Positions 43,469 through 53,256 of a DNA stretch of 64,000 nucleotides are shown here, one piece after another. Under the pieces are notes generated by a model. The model searched no databases. It was not told where the DNA came from and saw only the letters and a program-made list of their open reading frames with translations. The stretch comes from Rectinemataceae bacterium. Its GTDB lineage: Bacteria; Spirochaetota; Spirochaetia; Treponematales; Rectinemataceae. Both the position numbers and the translations under genes were made by a program. The stretch is from the NCBI GenBank assembly GCA_035531315.1, contig DATKTD010000340.1, positions 4,731-68,730 on the forward strand. Direction: 5' to 3'. Every line of letters starts with the position of its first letter. Position 1 is the first letter of the stretch.

Positions 43469-43846
43469 ATGGACGCCAAAGTGCTCGTCGTCGACGACTC
43501 GATAGTCGCGCGCATGTCGCTCCGGGCGACCCTCAAGGATCTGGGTACGGAGACGACCGAGGCCCGCAGCGGCGAGGAGGCCCTCGCCCTGGTGGAGGCC
43601 GGCCTCGCCCCCGATGTCGTCTTCCTCGATCTGACCATGCCCGGTCTCGGAGGCATCGAGACCCTGAGGCGCCTGGTCGCGACCAGATCCTCCCTACCCA
43701 TCATCGTCGTCACGGCGGACCTCCAGGAAGGCACCAGGGAAGAGGTCCGCAGAGAAGGGGGCTTCGACATCGTACGAAAACCCGCCGATCCCGCCATCGT
43801 CCGCGATGCCCTGTCGCGCGCCCTGGGCGGAAGGTCTCGAAGCTGA
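43469..43846 (+). CDS. cheY: CheY-like single-domain response regulator
   Basis: [22 protein letters not shown]...[14 protein letters not shown]...IIVVTAD...DIVRKP. Track ORF 43436..43846, trimmed to ATG 43469. Confidence 0.88.
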   Translation: MDAKVLVVDDSIVARMSLRATLKDLGTETTEARSGEEALALVEAGLAPDVVFLDLTMPGLGGIETLRRLVATRSSLPIIVVTADLQEGTREEVRREGGFDIVRKPADPAIVRDALSRALGGRSRS

Positions 43847-45567
43847 TGGGCGAAGACATTCTCGAGGCCTTCGCCGCCGAAACGAGGGAATTGCTCGAAG
43901 GGATCGAACAGGCGACGGCCGACATCGAGCGTGGAATCGATAGGGCCGTGGATGCGCTTTTCCGGCACATCCACACGATCAAGGGATCCGCCGGCATCGT
44001 GGGTCTGTCGAGACTCGAGGCCTTCGCCCATGCCTGGGAAACGAGGCTCGGCAGGGTCCGGCAGGGACAGGCGGTCTTCGGCCCCGCCTCCTTCGGCGCC
44101 CTCGAGGCCTGCCGAGCGCGCATCTCGGCCATCCTCGACGAGTCGCGCCCGACGATAGGGTCGAAGAAGCAGCGGGATCTCCCGGGATCGGACGAGTCCG
44201 ATCTCGGCGCCCTCGACGCCCTCGACTCGACGATGAGCGAGGCCGGAATGCCCGCTGCGGAGGCGGGCGAAGGGGGCGAGGGGGCCGAGCTACAGGCCGC
44301 GAAGGCAGGACGAAACGCGACATCGGCCCAGGCGACCGATAGGCTGAAAAGCCTGCGCGAAAAGGTGCGCAACTCCGGCCCGGGGGAAAAGCTGAGCTCG
44401 GGCGACGCCTTCGCGAGGATACCCGCCTCCAAGCTCGAGAAGATCCAGTCCTATTCCAGCGAGATCGTGGTATCCCTCTCCAATTTCTCCCAGAGTCTCC
44501 GCGCCGTCGGAGCCGAAAGCCTCTCCGACGAGCTGGCCGCCCTCGAGTCCCTGGCGGCCTCCCTGTACCGGACCGTGCTCGAGACGAGAATGGTGCCCTT
44601 CGGCGAGATAGCCGGACGCTTCGTCAAGGCGGTGGAAGAGATAGCCCGCGATCGCGGCAAGCGCATACAATTCGTCCTTTCGGGGGCGGACACCGAGATA
44701 GACAAGAGCCTCGCCGACAGGATGATCGAGCCCCTCCTCCACCTGATACGCAACGCCGCAGACCACGGCATAGAGTCGCCGCAGGCCCGCGTCGCGGCGG
44801 GCAAGACGCCAGAGGGAAGGATCGCCCTCCGCGCGAGGCGGGAATCCGGGCTCCTCTCCGTGCGCATAGAGGACGACGGCAAGGGGATCGACCCCGCCGA
44901 GGTGCGCGCCATGGCCATCGAGCGCGGCAGGATCGGCGAGGACGATCGCCTCGATGAGGGGGAGCTTTTCGACCTCCTCTTCGAGGCGGGCTTTTCCCTG
45001 ACGACCGAGGTCACGCGCTGGTCGGGGCGCGGGGTCGGCCTGGACGTGGTGAAGAAGTCCGTCGAGGCGATGAGGGGCACGGTGCGCATCGAATCGAGCC
45101 CGGGACGAGGCTCTTCGGCCATCGTGCGACTCCCCCTCGCCCTCTCCCTCGTGGAAGGCTTCGTGGCCCGCGTCGGCGAGATCGATCTCCTCATCCCCTT
45201 CGACGTGACGGCCGCCTGTTTCGAATTCGTGGACGAGGAAGAAGCGACCTCGCCCTGGCGCACGGTGTCGTGGACCGGCAAGCTTGTCCCCGCGATCGAC
45301 CTCGGCATGCTTTACGGCGAGGTCGGCGGCGGGAAACGGCGGGTCGCCGTCATCCTCGAAGACCTGGATTCGCACAACGCGCTCATCGTCGACGGGGTCG
45401 GCGAGACCCTGTCGGCCGCGGTCAGGCCCCTGGACAGGAAGATGACCGACTCGCCGGGGATAGCGGGAAGCGCCATCCTCGGCGACGGTTCGATGGTCCT
45501 CGTCCTCGATACCGCGGAACTCGCCCTCATGGCGCAGCGCGGGCGCCGCTCCGCGCTGGGTCAATAG
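43846..45567 (+). CDS. cheA: chemotaxis histidine kinase CheA
   Basis: ATG overlaps the cheY stop (TGATG). Hpt: FRHIHTIKGSAG. N-box HLIRNAADHGIE. DDGKGID. GRGVGLDVV. C-terminal CheW-like domain. The upstream part of track ORF 43438..45567 is an alternate frame of cheY. Confidence 0.92.
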   Translation: MGEDILEAFAAETRELLEGIEQATADIERGIDRAVDALFRHIHTIKGSAGIVGLSRLEAFAHAWETRLGRVRQGQAVFGPASFGALEACRARISAILDESRPTIGSKKQRDLPGSDESDLGALDALDSTMSEAGMPAAEAGEGGEGAELQAAKAGRNATSAQATDRLKSLREKVRNSGPGEKLSSGDAFARIPASKLEKIQSYSSEIVVSLSNFSQSLRAVGAESLSDELAALESLAASLYRTVLETRMVPFGEIAGRFVKAVEEIARDRGKRIQFVLSGADTEIDKSLADRMIEPLLHLIRNAADHGIESPQARVAAGKTPEGRIALRARRESGLLSVRIEDDGKGIDPAEVRAMAIERGRIGEDDRLDEGELFDLLFEAGFSLTTEVTRWSGRGVGLDVVKKSVEAMRGTVRIESSPGRGSSAIVRLPLALSLVEGFVARVGEIDLLIPFDVTAACFEFVDEEEATSPWRTVSWTGKLVPAIDLGMLYGEVGGGKRRVAVILEDLDSHNALIVDGVGETLSAAVRPLDRKMTDSPGIAGSAILGDGSMVLVLDTAELALMAQRGRRSALGQ

Positions 45568-45571
45568 CCAG

Positions 45572-48500
45572 TCAGAGTTCCCGGATCTCCACGGTCTTGC
45601 CTTCCCCCGAATCCCCGTCGCCGCCCTTCCGAGCTTCGCCCGTTCCCGAAGCCTCCCCGCGGGAGCCGCCATGCGGCGCGGCGCGGCCGGCGGCCTGGGT
45701 CTCCTCCACCGTGGTCATGGCGACAGTCGGCAGGAGACCCTGCTCGACGTCCTCGACGGCGTGCTCGATTTCGGCCCTGGCGGCGTTGAAGTCGACCTGC
45801 CGATTCCTCTCGAAGAGGAAGAAGGCGGCGGGCACCACGAAGAAGGTGAGGATGGCGGAGAACATGATGCCGCCGAACATCACGATACCCATGCGTTGGC
45901 CGAACTCGGCGCCCTGGCCACGGGAGAAGACCAGGGGTCCCGAGATGACGAGGACCGTCAGCGTGGTCATGACGATGGGCCGGAATCGCAGGCGCGCGGC
46001 CTCGAGGAGGGCCTCGCGGATGGGCATCTTGCCGAGTCTTTCCACGACGAAATCGAGATAGAGGATGGCGTTCTTGGCGGAGAGACCGATGAGCATCAGC
46101 ATGCCCATGACGCCGAAGATGTCGAGGCCGCCGCCGACGATCCAGACGACGAGGATGGCGCCGACGATGGCCAGGGGCACCGGCATGAGGAGATAGATCG
46201 GGTAGCGCCAGGAATTGAACTGGGCCGCCATGACGAGGTAGGCGAGGAAGAAGGCGAGGAGAAAGACGATCACGCCCTGGCTCTGGAGCTGACCGGCGAG
46301 GGCCACCGGGCTGAAGGCGCTGCCGCTGGTGATCGAAATGCCCTTGTCGAGGAGGCCCCTGTCCTGGAGGTCCTTGATGATGGACTTCTGGACCTCGAGG
46401 ACGGTCGGCGCGTTGGGCTTCAGGTTGATGCTGAGCGAGCCCGTGTATTGGCGATTGTAGCGGGAGATCGACGTGGGCTTCTCGCTGAGCACGAAGGACC
46501 CAAGTTGACCGATCTGGAGATTGGTCTGCAAGGTCGACGAATAGATCGGCAGATCGAGGAGGGTCTGGCCGCCGTTCATCGCCGTCGGATCGAGCTGCAC
46601 CATGATCGGATAGGAAAGACCGTTGGTGACCACGTTCGAGGCCTGGGTGCCCGTGGTGTAGGTCTGGAGCGAGTTGGCGATCGACTGGGCAGTGATGCCG
46701 GTGCCCGACATCTTGGCCGGGTTGGGGACGAAGTCGTTTTCGAGCGAGGTGTCGGAAAGGCTCGAGCTCACGTCGGCCACGTAGGGGTTGGATTGGATGG
46801 CCGCCACGATGGCCGAATTTTCCTTGAGCAGCAGGTCCATGTTGAAAGACACGAGGCTGAGGGAGACCGAGGAGCCGCCGAAGCCGCCGCCGGGGCCCCC
46901 GCCGCCGAAGCCTCCGGTACCCACCGAGATGCGCGCCGTGGGAAAGTCCTTGAGGATGAGGGGCTGGAGGGCCGCCCGGTACATCGGCGCGAGCTTGCTG
47001 ACCCCGGGGCGCCTGTCGATGGGAACCAGGGTGAGGTTCTCGCTGACCCTGTTGCTGATTTCCGACTGGACGCTGGCGACCTCGGGCCGCGTCGCCAGAA
47101 AGGCCTCAACCCGGGCCGCCGCCATGTTGGCCGTGTACTGGGAGGTGCCCGGCGGGAAAAAGAGGTTGACGCTCATGGAGCCCGAGTCGGAGTTCGGCAC
47201 GAAGTTGAAGGAGATGTGGGGGGCCACGAGGATGACGATGGCCACGAAGCCCAGGCCGGCCGACACGAGCACGATGGCGCTGCGCTTGAGCATCCGCCCG
47301 AGGAGATTCACGTAGTGGTCGCGCACGAACTCCACGAAGCGCTCGGTCCATCCGTGCAGGACCTCGGAGATCGATTCGAAGAGGCTCAGGCCCATGAAGA
47401 TCACGTAGTTGGCCAGGCCGAGGGCCAGAGGGTAGAGGAGGAGGGCGGGAATGAAGACGGCATGGTGGGTGAAGGCCAGGCCTCCCGCGATCGCGAGGGC
47501 GAGGATGATTCCCGGCCCCTTCTTCCAGGACTTGAGTCCCCACCTGATGGCTTCGCCGAAGCGGCCGAAACTCCGGATGAAGTCCTTCCAGTGCAGGTCG
47601 CTCGAATCAGGGGTGTAGGCCAGGCGCACGGTGAGGAAGAGCACGGCCTCGAGGAGGGAAAGGGCGACGGCGGCGGCGAGGCCGAGGGAGAATTGCTTGA
47701 TGTACATGCCGATGAAGCCGCCCATGAAGCTGACCGGCATCAGGACCGACAGGAGCGACAGGGAAGCCGCGATGACGGCGCTGAAGACCTCGCTCGCCCC
47801 CTTGAGCACGGCCTCCTTGAGGGAATAGCCCATCTTCCTGTATCGATCCACGTTCTCGGCCACGACGATGGAATCGTCGACCACGATGCCGATCGCGGTG
47901 ACCATGGCGAGAAGGGATACGAGATTGAAGGAGAAGCCAGCGAGCTTATAGAGGATCGGCGAGGCCGAAATGGCGATGGGCACCGCGAGGATGACCGAGA
48001 AGGCCATGTTGGGTTTGCCGATGAACAGAAGGACGATGATCGCCACGACGAAGAGCGTCATGAAGAGCTCGTTGAAGGTGTTGTTGACCGAGGCGCGGAT
48101 CGATCCTGTCGTGTCGTTGCCCATCAGGACCTCGTAGCCCTTGGGCAGCTCGGTCTTCGCGAGCAACTTCTTGACGCCGTCGACCACCGAGATGGCGTTC
48201 GAATCCGCGGTGCGCTGGATCGAGAGGAGGACCGAGGGGATGCCGTTGATCCTCACATAGTCCTGCTCCGTCGCCATGTCCCGCACGACGGCGATGTCCC
48301 GCACGGCGATGCCCTTGTTCGAATCGACGAGGATGCGCTCGATCGAGGCCACGTCGGTGGGCGTATTCGAGGTGGAGAAGGTCAGGGAGGTCCTGTTCGT
48401 CGTGATGGTGCCGATCGGCTGGTTGAAGGCGCTGCCGGAGATGGCGGAGACGACCTGGGTGGGGCTCAAGGAGTAGAACTTGAGCTTGTTTGGGTCGAGG

Positions 48501-49165
48501 AGGACCTGGAACTCGCGGGACGGAGCTCCCGACACGTTGATGTTGGCGACGCCGTCGACACGCTCGAGGAGGGGAGCGAGACTGTTCTGGACGTAGTCGT
48601 TGACGTCGGACAGGGAGGCGCCTCCCCCGGTCACCCCGAATTCGATGACGGGTTGGGAGTTGGGATCGAAGGAACGCACCACCGGCGTCTGTACCCCCGA
48701 AGGCAGACGTCTCGACAGGGAATTGACGACGGCCGCCACCTGCTGGAGCACGGCGTTCTTGTCGACGCTCGTATCGAAGGACAGCACGACTCGACTCGAG
48801 CCCAGATTGCTCGACGAGTTCATGTCCGTGATGCCGGAGACAGTCGAGACGGCGTTCTCGACGACCTGGGTCACCTGCTGGTCGACGACCGTCGGATCGG
48901 AACCGGGATAGCTCGTGAAGACCGCGACGACGGGAATGCTCACCGAGGGCATGAGATCGACCCCCAGGGTCACCGTGCTCACGAGGCCGAAGGCGACGAT
49001 CGCCACGAAGATGCCGATGGCGAGCACGTAGCGCGTCACCGAGAATCTGACCGCGGGGTTGACCCGCGTGAAGATCTTGCTTTCGAAATCCCGAAGGGCC
49101 GTGCCGGGAACGGAAGCTCCCCCTTCCGTCTTGGCCGGAAGATTGTCCTTGGAATCGCTCATCAC
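45572..49165 (-). CDS. RND-family efflux transporter permease (AcrB-like) with ~90-aa acidic/G-rich C-terminal tail
   Basis: 1197 aa with 12-TM RND topology and large periplasmic loops. The start overlaps the adaptor gene stop (ATGA). The stop lies only 4 nt from the convergent cheA stop. Confidence 0.92.
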   Translation of the reverse strand: MMSDSKDNLPAKTEGGASVPGTALRDFESKIFTRVNPAVRFSVTRYVLAIGIFVAIVAFGLVSTVTLGVDLMPSVSIPVVAVFTSYPGSDPTVVDQQVTQVVENAVSTVSGITDMNSSSNLGSSRVVLSFDTSVDKNAVLQQVAAVVNSLSRRLPSGVQTPVVRSFDPNSQPVIEFGVTGGGASLSDVNDYVQNSLAPLLERVDGVANINVSGAPSREFQVLLDPNKLKFYSLSPTQVVSAISGSAFNQPIGTITTNRTSLTFSTSNTPTDVASIERILVDSNKGIAVRDIAVVRDMATEQDYVRINGIPSVLLSIQRTADSNAISVVDGVKKLLAKTELPKGYEVLMGNDTTGSIRASVNNTFNELFMTLFVVAIIVLLFIGKPNMAFSVILAVPIAISASPILYKLAGFSFNLVSLLAMVTAIGIVVDDSIVVAENVDRYRKMGYSLKEAVLKGASEVFSAVIAASLSLLSVLMPVSFMGGFIGMYIKQFSLGLAAAVALSLLEAVLFLTVRLAYTPDSSDLHWKDFIRSFGRFGEAIRWGLKSWKKGPGIILALAIAGGLAFTHHAVFIPALLLYPLALGLANYVIFMGLSLFESISEVLHGWTERFVEFVRDHYVNLLGRMLKRSAIVLVSAGLGFVAIVILVAPHISFNFVPNSDSGSMSVNLFFPPGTSQYTANMAAARVEAFLATRPEVASVQSEISNRVSENLTLVPIDRRPGVSKLAPMYRAALQPLILKDFPTARISVGTGGFGGGGPGGGFGGSSVSLSLVSFNMDLLLKENSAIVAAIQSNPYVADVSSSLSDTSLENDFVPNPAKMSGTGITAQSIANSLQTYTTGTQASNVVTNGLSYPIMVQLDPTAMNGGQTLLDLPIYSSTLQTNLQIGQLGSFVLSEKPTSISRYNRQYTGSLSINLKPNAPTVLEVQKSIIKDLQDRGLLDKGISITSGSAFSPVALAGQLQSQGVIVFLLAFFLAYLVMAAQFNSWRYPIYLLMPVPLAIVGAILVVWIVGGGLDIFGVMGMLMLIGLSAKNAILYLDFVVERLGKMPIREALLEAARLRFRPIVMTTLTVLVISGPLVFSRGQGAEFGQRMGIVMFGGIMFSAILTFFVVPAAFFLFERNRQVDFNAARAEIEHAVEDVEQGLLPTVAMTTVEETQAAGRAAPHGGSRGEASGTGEARKGGDGDSGEGKTVEIREL

Positions 49166-50757
49166 TGCCCGCTCCCCGTGGCCGGCGCGGTCGCCGTGCC
49201 GGAGCTGGAGGAGTACTGGGCGCCGGAGCCGGCAAGGCCGCTGCTTGTGCCGCCTTTGCGCTGCCCCGAATAGCCGCCGCTCCCGGTCTTGCCCTGGCCG
49301 GAATACTGGCCCGAGTACGAAGCGCCGCCCTGTTTGCCGACGCTTGTGGGATTGCCCTTTTGGGAACCCAGGGCCTGGCCATTCGCGGCCTGTCCAGAGG
49401 CTCCGCCTTGCTGGTCGATCATCATTGTTTGCACTTGGGATCCCGAGAGGAGGCCGGGAGGAGGACTCACGACGACGACCTCTCCATCCTGAAGCCCGAG
49501 GACGGCCGCGGATGTCCCCGACTCGGCGGCTATCGTCACGTCGAGGGTGGCGACCCTGCCGTTCCTGACGACATAGACGAAATTCTGGTTCTCGAGGGTA
49601 TCGAGCGAGGCGATGGGAATGATGGCGCCCTTGGCGAGGGGGATGCTGTAGTTGATTTCCCCCACCGATCCATATTGGAGTTCGATGCCGGCCGCGGAAG
49701 CCACCATGGGCAGGACGCCGGAAATAGGCGCCGCGGGAGCCTGACTGATGCGTACCGGATAATCCTTGCCCTGGAAATTGAATACGATCGGCATACCAGA
49801 CTTGAGGAAGGGGGCGTCGCTCGGCGGGACGTTGAAGGATATCTGCTTCGCGGCACTCACGAGGGTGAACACCGGCGCGCTGACGCTGGCGGACATGCCG
49901 GGCTGCACATTGATCGCGGAAATCTGGCCCGCGAAGGGAGCCCTGATGCTGGCATTCCGCAGATTGAGTTGGGCTTGATCGTAGTTGTTCTGAGCCTGCT
50001 GCACGGCGATCTTGAGCTGGGCGATGGTCTGGTCTCCGGCATTGTTGTTCTGGTCGAGGGCGGTCTTGGCCCCCTCGAGATTCGCCTGGGCGGCCGTAAG
50101 CTGGCTATTGGCCGTATCGAGTTGGGATGCGGAGATGCCCCCGAGATCGAAGAGGGCCTTTTGGGCGTCGTAATACTTTTTGGCCGAGTCGTAGGCCGAC
50201 TGCGCCGATTGGACCTGGAGGCCGAGCTTCGGGTTCGCCTGGCTCGAGTTGTCCTGACCCACCGAAAGGTTGATCTTCGCGTTTTCGAGGGCGGAGGCGG
50301 CGGTCGCGGCCGTCAGCTTGAGCTGCGAATCATCGAGCTGGATGACGATATCGCCTTGCCTTACCCATTCGCCGACGCTACGCGGCACCCTGGCCACGAA
50401 ACCGGCGACCTGGGTGGCGACCTGGCTTTGGACCGCGGGGATTATGACGCCCGCCGTCGTCCGATCGGCGTTGAGGAGGCCGATGTGGACGGTAAGGGCC
50501 TGGACGGGCACGACGGCGTTCCGGCGTCCGCCGAATTGTCCGCCTCCGGCGCCCTGTCCATTGCCCTGTCTGCCGCCGGAAGCGCCTCGCTCCCCCGCCT
50601 GGGCCGGTGCCGGGGCCCCGGCGGGAGCCTGGGCCCCGGCACCGGCCTGGCCGCCCTGGGAAGGCGCCCCCTCGGAACGGGAGCAGCCCGCGAGGACCAC
50701 CGCCCCGGAAAGGGCCAGGGCGACGATAGCAATTGTTATTGATTCGACCTTCTTCAC
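49162..50757 (-). CDS. RND efflux periplasmic adaptor (HlyD/MFP family) lipoprotein with G/S/Q/Y-rich C-terminal tail
   Basis: Track ORF 49162..51234, trimmed to GTG 50757 with AGGAG 6 nt upstream. (M)KKVESITIAIVALALSGAVVLAGC lipobox. Coiled-coil hairpin and beta-barrel regions. Confidence 0.85.
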   Translation of the reverse strand: MKKVESITIAIVALALSGAVVLAGCSRSEGAPSQGGQAGAGAQAPAGAPAPAQAGERGASGGRQGNGQGAGGGQFGGRRNAVVPVQALTVHIGLLNADRTTAGVIIPAVQSQVATQVAGFVARVPRSVGEWVRQGDIVIQLDDSQLKLTAATAASALENAKINLSVGQDNSSQANPKLGLQVQSAQSAYDSAKKYYDAQKALFDLGGISASQLDTANSQLTAAQANLEGAKTALDQNNNAGDQTIAQLKIAVQQAQNNYDQAQLNLRNASIRAPFAGQISAINVQPGMSASVSAPVFTLVSAAKQISFNVPPSDAPFLKSGMPIVFNFQGKDYPVRISQAPAAPISGVLPMVASAAGIELQYGSVGEINYSIPLAKGAIIPIASLDTLENQNFVYVVRNGRVATLDVTIAAESGTSAAVLGLQDGEVVVVSPPPGLLSGSQVQTMMIDQQGGASGQAANGQALGSQKGNPTSVGKQGGASYSGQYSGQGKTGSGGYSGQRKGGTSSGLAGSGAQYSSSSGTATAPATGSGQ

Positions 50758-50792
50758 TTCATGCTCCTGCGGGGACCCTTCGGCCGCCCTCG

Positions 50793-52406
50793 TCAAAGTC
50801 CCATCGCGGTCTCGAGGGAGAGTTCCGCGAGCAATTGGTTGCTTTTGGCCGTAAGCCAGGAGACCTCCGCGTTGGCTGCGTTCACCGAGGCGGTGAGCAG
50901 ATCCTGGTTCGTCGCCGTGCCGTATTTGACCTGGGCCTGCGTCAGGTCGAGCTGGTTCTGGGCGAGCTCGACGCTCTGCGCGGCGAGATCGGTGCGTTCG
51001 GCCAGGATCTGGAGGTTCCACCAGGCGTCGCGGATGTCGGCCTGGACGTTCTTGCGGAGCTGGGCCGCCTGGGTGGAGGCGACACCGGCGTTCGCGCTCG
51101 AGACTGCCTCGGCCGCCTTCGCCGCTCCGGCGTCGAGGATGGGCAGGCCTAGTTTCAGGCCCAGGCTTATGGACTGGCCGTTGGCCGCGGAAACCGAGGA
51201 AGTGCCGAGGACCGGATCGGCCGAGGCGCCCCAATTGAATCCGAGGCCGATGCCGCCCGTGGCGATCAGCGAGGGCTGGGCGGCTCCCCTTGCGAGGGCG
51301 GCGCCGATCAGGGCCTGTCGCTTGGCGATGTCGTACTGGGCTATGTCCGCCCTATTCGCGAGCCCCTTGGCGATCGCCTCGTCGAGGCTCGAAGCGGGGG
51401 GCTTCGGGGCGTCGATTTCCGCGACGCGGTAATCGGCCTCCGCGGGAAGACCGATGAGGGTGGCAAGCCGCTGTCTGGCCAGGGAATAGTCGTGGCGACT
51501 CGTCTCGACATCGAGTTCCGCGCTTCTCGCGTTGATCTGCGCGGTCTTGAGATCGATGGCGCTCGCCTGCTTGATCGCGTAGGTGGCACGGATCTGGGCG
51601 AGGAGGGATGCCTGTTTGCCCTGGATTCCCAGGCGGAGGGCCAGGGTGCGCTGGGCCACGAGGGCGCTTATGTATGCCTGCTTGACCTTGGCCGCGGCGG
51701 CCGATCGGGCCTGGCGGGCGGCGAGCTCCTTGCCCTGCAGGGTGAGGAGGCTCTGATCGACGACAGCCTTGGTCTGGCCGCCCAGGTAGCCGTCCCAAAT
51801 GGTCTGGCTGATGGTCGCCGAAACCAGGGTCGTCTGGGGCACCGCGACCTTGTTCGTCGCGCCGCCGCTCGTCCCCGTCTGGGGCGAGACGGGCAGGCTT
51901 TGGGTCGCGGTGAGGCCGATCCTCGTGCCCGAAGTCGCCGTGGCCGTGCCCTCGGCGAAGCTGAGGCCGCCCGATAGCACCTCGCCCAGGCCGATGCCGC
52001 TGGCCCCCGTGGCCTTGGCCTGGGTCTGGTCGCCGAAGCCTTCGGTCAGACCCGCCGAGGCGCTACCGGCCAGACTCGGCTCGGCCTTGGCCAGATTGGT
52101 GGCGTGGGTGGCGCGGGCCGCCGCCAGGTTCCCCTGGGCGATGGAGAGATCGTCGTTGCCCGCCATCGCCGCCGCCATCGCCTCTTCGAGACTGACGACG
52201 CGACTCCCCGCCTCGGTGGCGGGGAGGGGCGCGAGAAGGCTGGTCGCCGACGAAGGCTCCGGAAGAAGGGCCACGGAAGACGCTTGAGGCGCGGGCTCCG
52301 GCGCCGAAGCGGTACTTGCGACGCCGGGAGCCGGCCCGGTATCGGCCGCAAGGGTGACCGCGAAGGCGAAGGCGCACAATGACGCGCCGATGCTTTTCCT
52401 CGACAT
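50793..52406 (-). CDS. TolC-family outer-membrane efflux protein
   Basis: Signal peptide MSRKSIGASLCAFAFAVTLAA. Two internal TolC repeats (LSIAQGNLAAARA..., LDLTQAQVKYGTATNQDLL). Confidence 0.88.
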   Translation of the reverse strand: MSRKSIGASLCAFAFAVTLAADTGPAPGVASTASAPEPAPQASSVALLPEPSSATSLLAPLPATEAGSRVVSLEEAMAAAMAGNDDLSIAQGNLAAARATHATNLAKAEPSLAGSASAGLTEGFGDQTQAKATGASGIGLGEVLSGGLSFAEGTATATSGTRIGLTATQSLPVSPQTGTSGGATNKVAVPQTTLVSATISQTIWDGYLGGQTKAVVDQSLLTLQGKELAARQARSAAAAKVKQAYISALVAQRTLALRLGIQGKQASLLAQIRATYAIKQASAIDLKTAQINARSAELDVETSRHDYSLARQRLATLIGLPAEADYRVAEIDAPKPPASSLDEAIAKGLANRADIAQYDIAKRQALIGAALARGAAQPSLIATGGIGLGFNWGASADPVLGTSSVSAANGQSISLGLKLGLPILDAGAAKAAEAVSSANAGVASTQAAQLRKNVQADIRDAWWNLQILAERTDLAAQSVELAQNQLDLTQAQVKYGTATNQDLLTASVNAANAEVSWLTAKSNQLLAELSLETAMGL

Positions 52407-52563
52407 GCCTCGATCATAGTGGCGCGGGAATGAAGAACCTAGTTAAAAATGTAAAAGCAGGGATAATTCGACGTAAAGGGCCGACGGAGAAACCGCGGCG
52501 GCCGCAGCCCTCCGGGGACCAGGAGTTCCCGGGCGCGGCGTCCATGGAGGTCCTTCGGGAGGA

Positions 52564-53142
52564 TCAGAAACAGGAAAGGATGTACATCCCTATGACCGTC
52601 TCCATGGTAAGCAGCTCGTCCGGGCCCGACTCGGCCCGCACCTGCTCCTCCAACTCCTCGACGAACCAGAAGAAAAGCCCGAGCTTGGGATCGATGCGGA
52701 AAGCATAGGACAGGAAGTCGTCGGCCCTGCTCTGGGATCCGAAGAGGAGGTGGGCGATGGAGTGGCAGAGGAGCACGAAACGGCGGAAGGAGGCCTTGAC
52801 GGCCCCCTCGCGGAATTCGCGCTCGAAGGCCAGAATCTCCTCGATGAGTCTTTCCTTGCGTTTTTCGTCGCTCTTTTCGACCCAGGTCTTGTGCACGAGG
52901 AGTTCGGTGTTTTCCCGATAGACCTTGAGAAGATGATCGATGCGCGCGAGGCGATCGGCCATGCGGCCCTGCGCGTACTGTTTGAACTCCCCCGGGCTGC
53001 CGAGGCTGTCGGCGAAGGCAATGGCGGCGACGGAGAGCCCGTCGCCGGATTTCGCCGCGACGAGACGGTCGAAGGCCTCGAAAGCGACCTTCTCGGAGTC
53101 CGTTACGAGTCGCTCATCTGTCGCGAAATCGGGCAAAGGCAT
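52564..53142 (-). CDS. hypothetical helical protein (divergent partner of the DUF4954-like gene)
   Basis: This is the real 3' part of track ORF 52564..54633. MPLPDFATDERLVTDSEKVAFEAFDRL...EKSDEKRKERLIEEILAFEREFREG. No motif recognised. Confidence 0.55.
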   Translation of the reverse strand: MPLPDFATDERLVTDSEKVAFEAFDRLVAAKSGDGLSVAAIAFADSLGSPGEFKQYAQGRMADRLARIDHLLKVYRENTELLVHKTWVEKSDEKRKERLIEEILAFEREFREGAVKASFRRFVLLCHSIAHLLFGSQSRADDFLSYAFRIDPKLGLFFWFVEELEEQVRAESGPDELLTMETVIGMYILSCF

Positions 53143-53256
53143 GGCGTACCATGTCCCGAAGCGAACTTCCTTGTCAAGACGGGCCGCCGGCGACGAGCCC
53201 CGGATAACGGCCCACGACTTGCGCCAAGCCCTCTCCACGGGTAGGCTTCGGGCAAT

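Noticed and set aside
45671-49273. 1200-aa ORF on the plus strand, the longest in the track
   Set aside because: It is exactly antisense to the RND transporter gene. Its composition is dominated by R/G/E/D/H/A with no motifs, while the minus-strand product has clear 12-TM RND architecture. This is a typical shadow ORF of GC-rich DNA.
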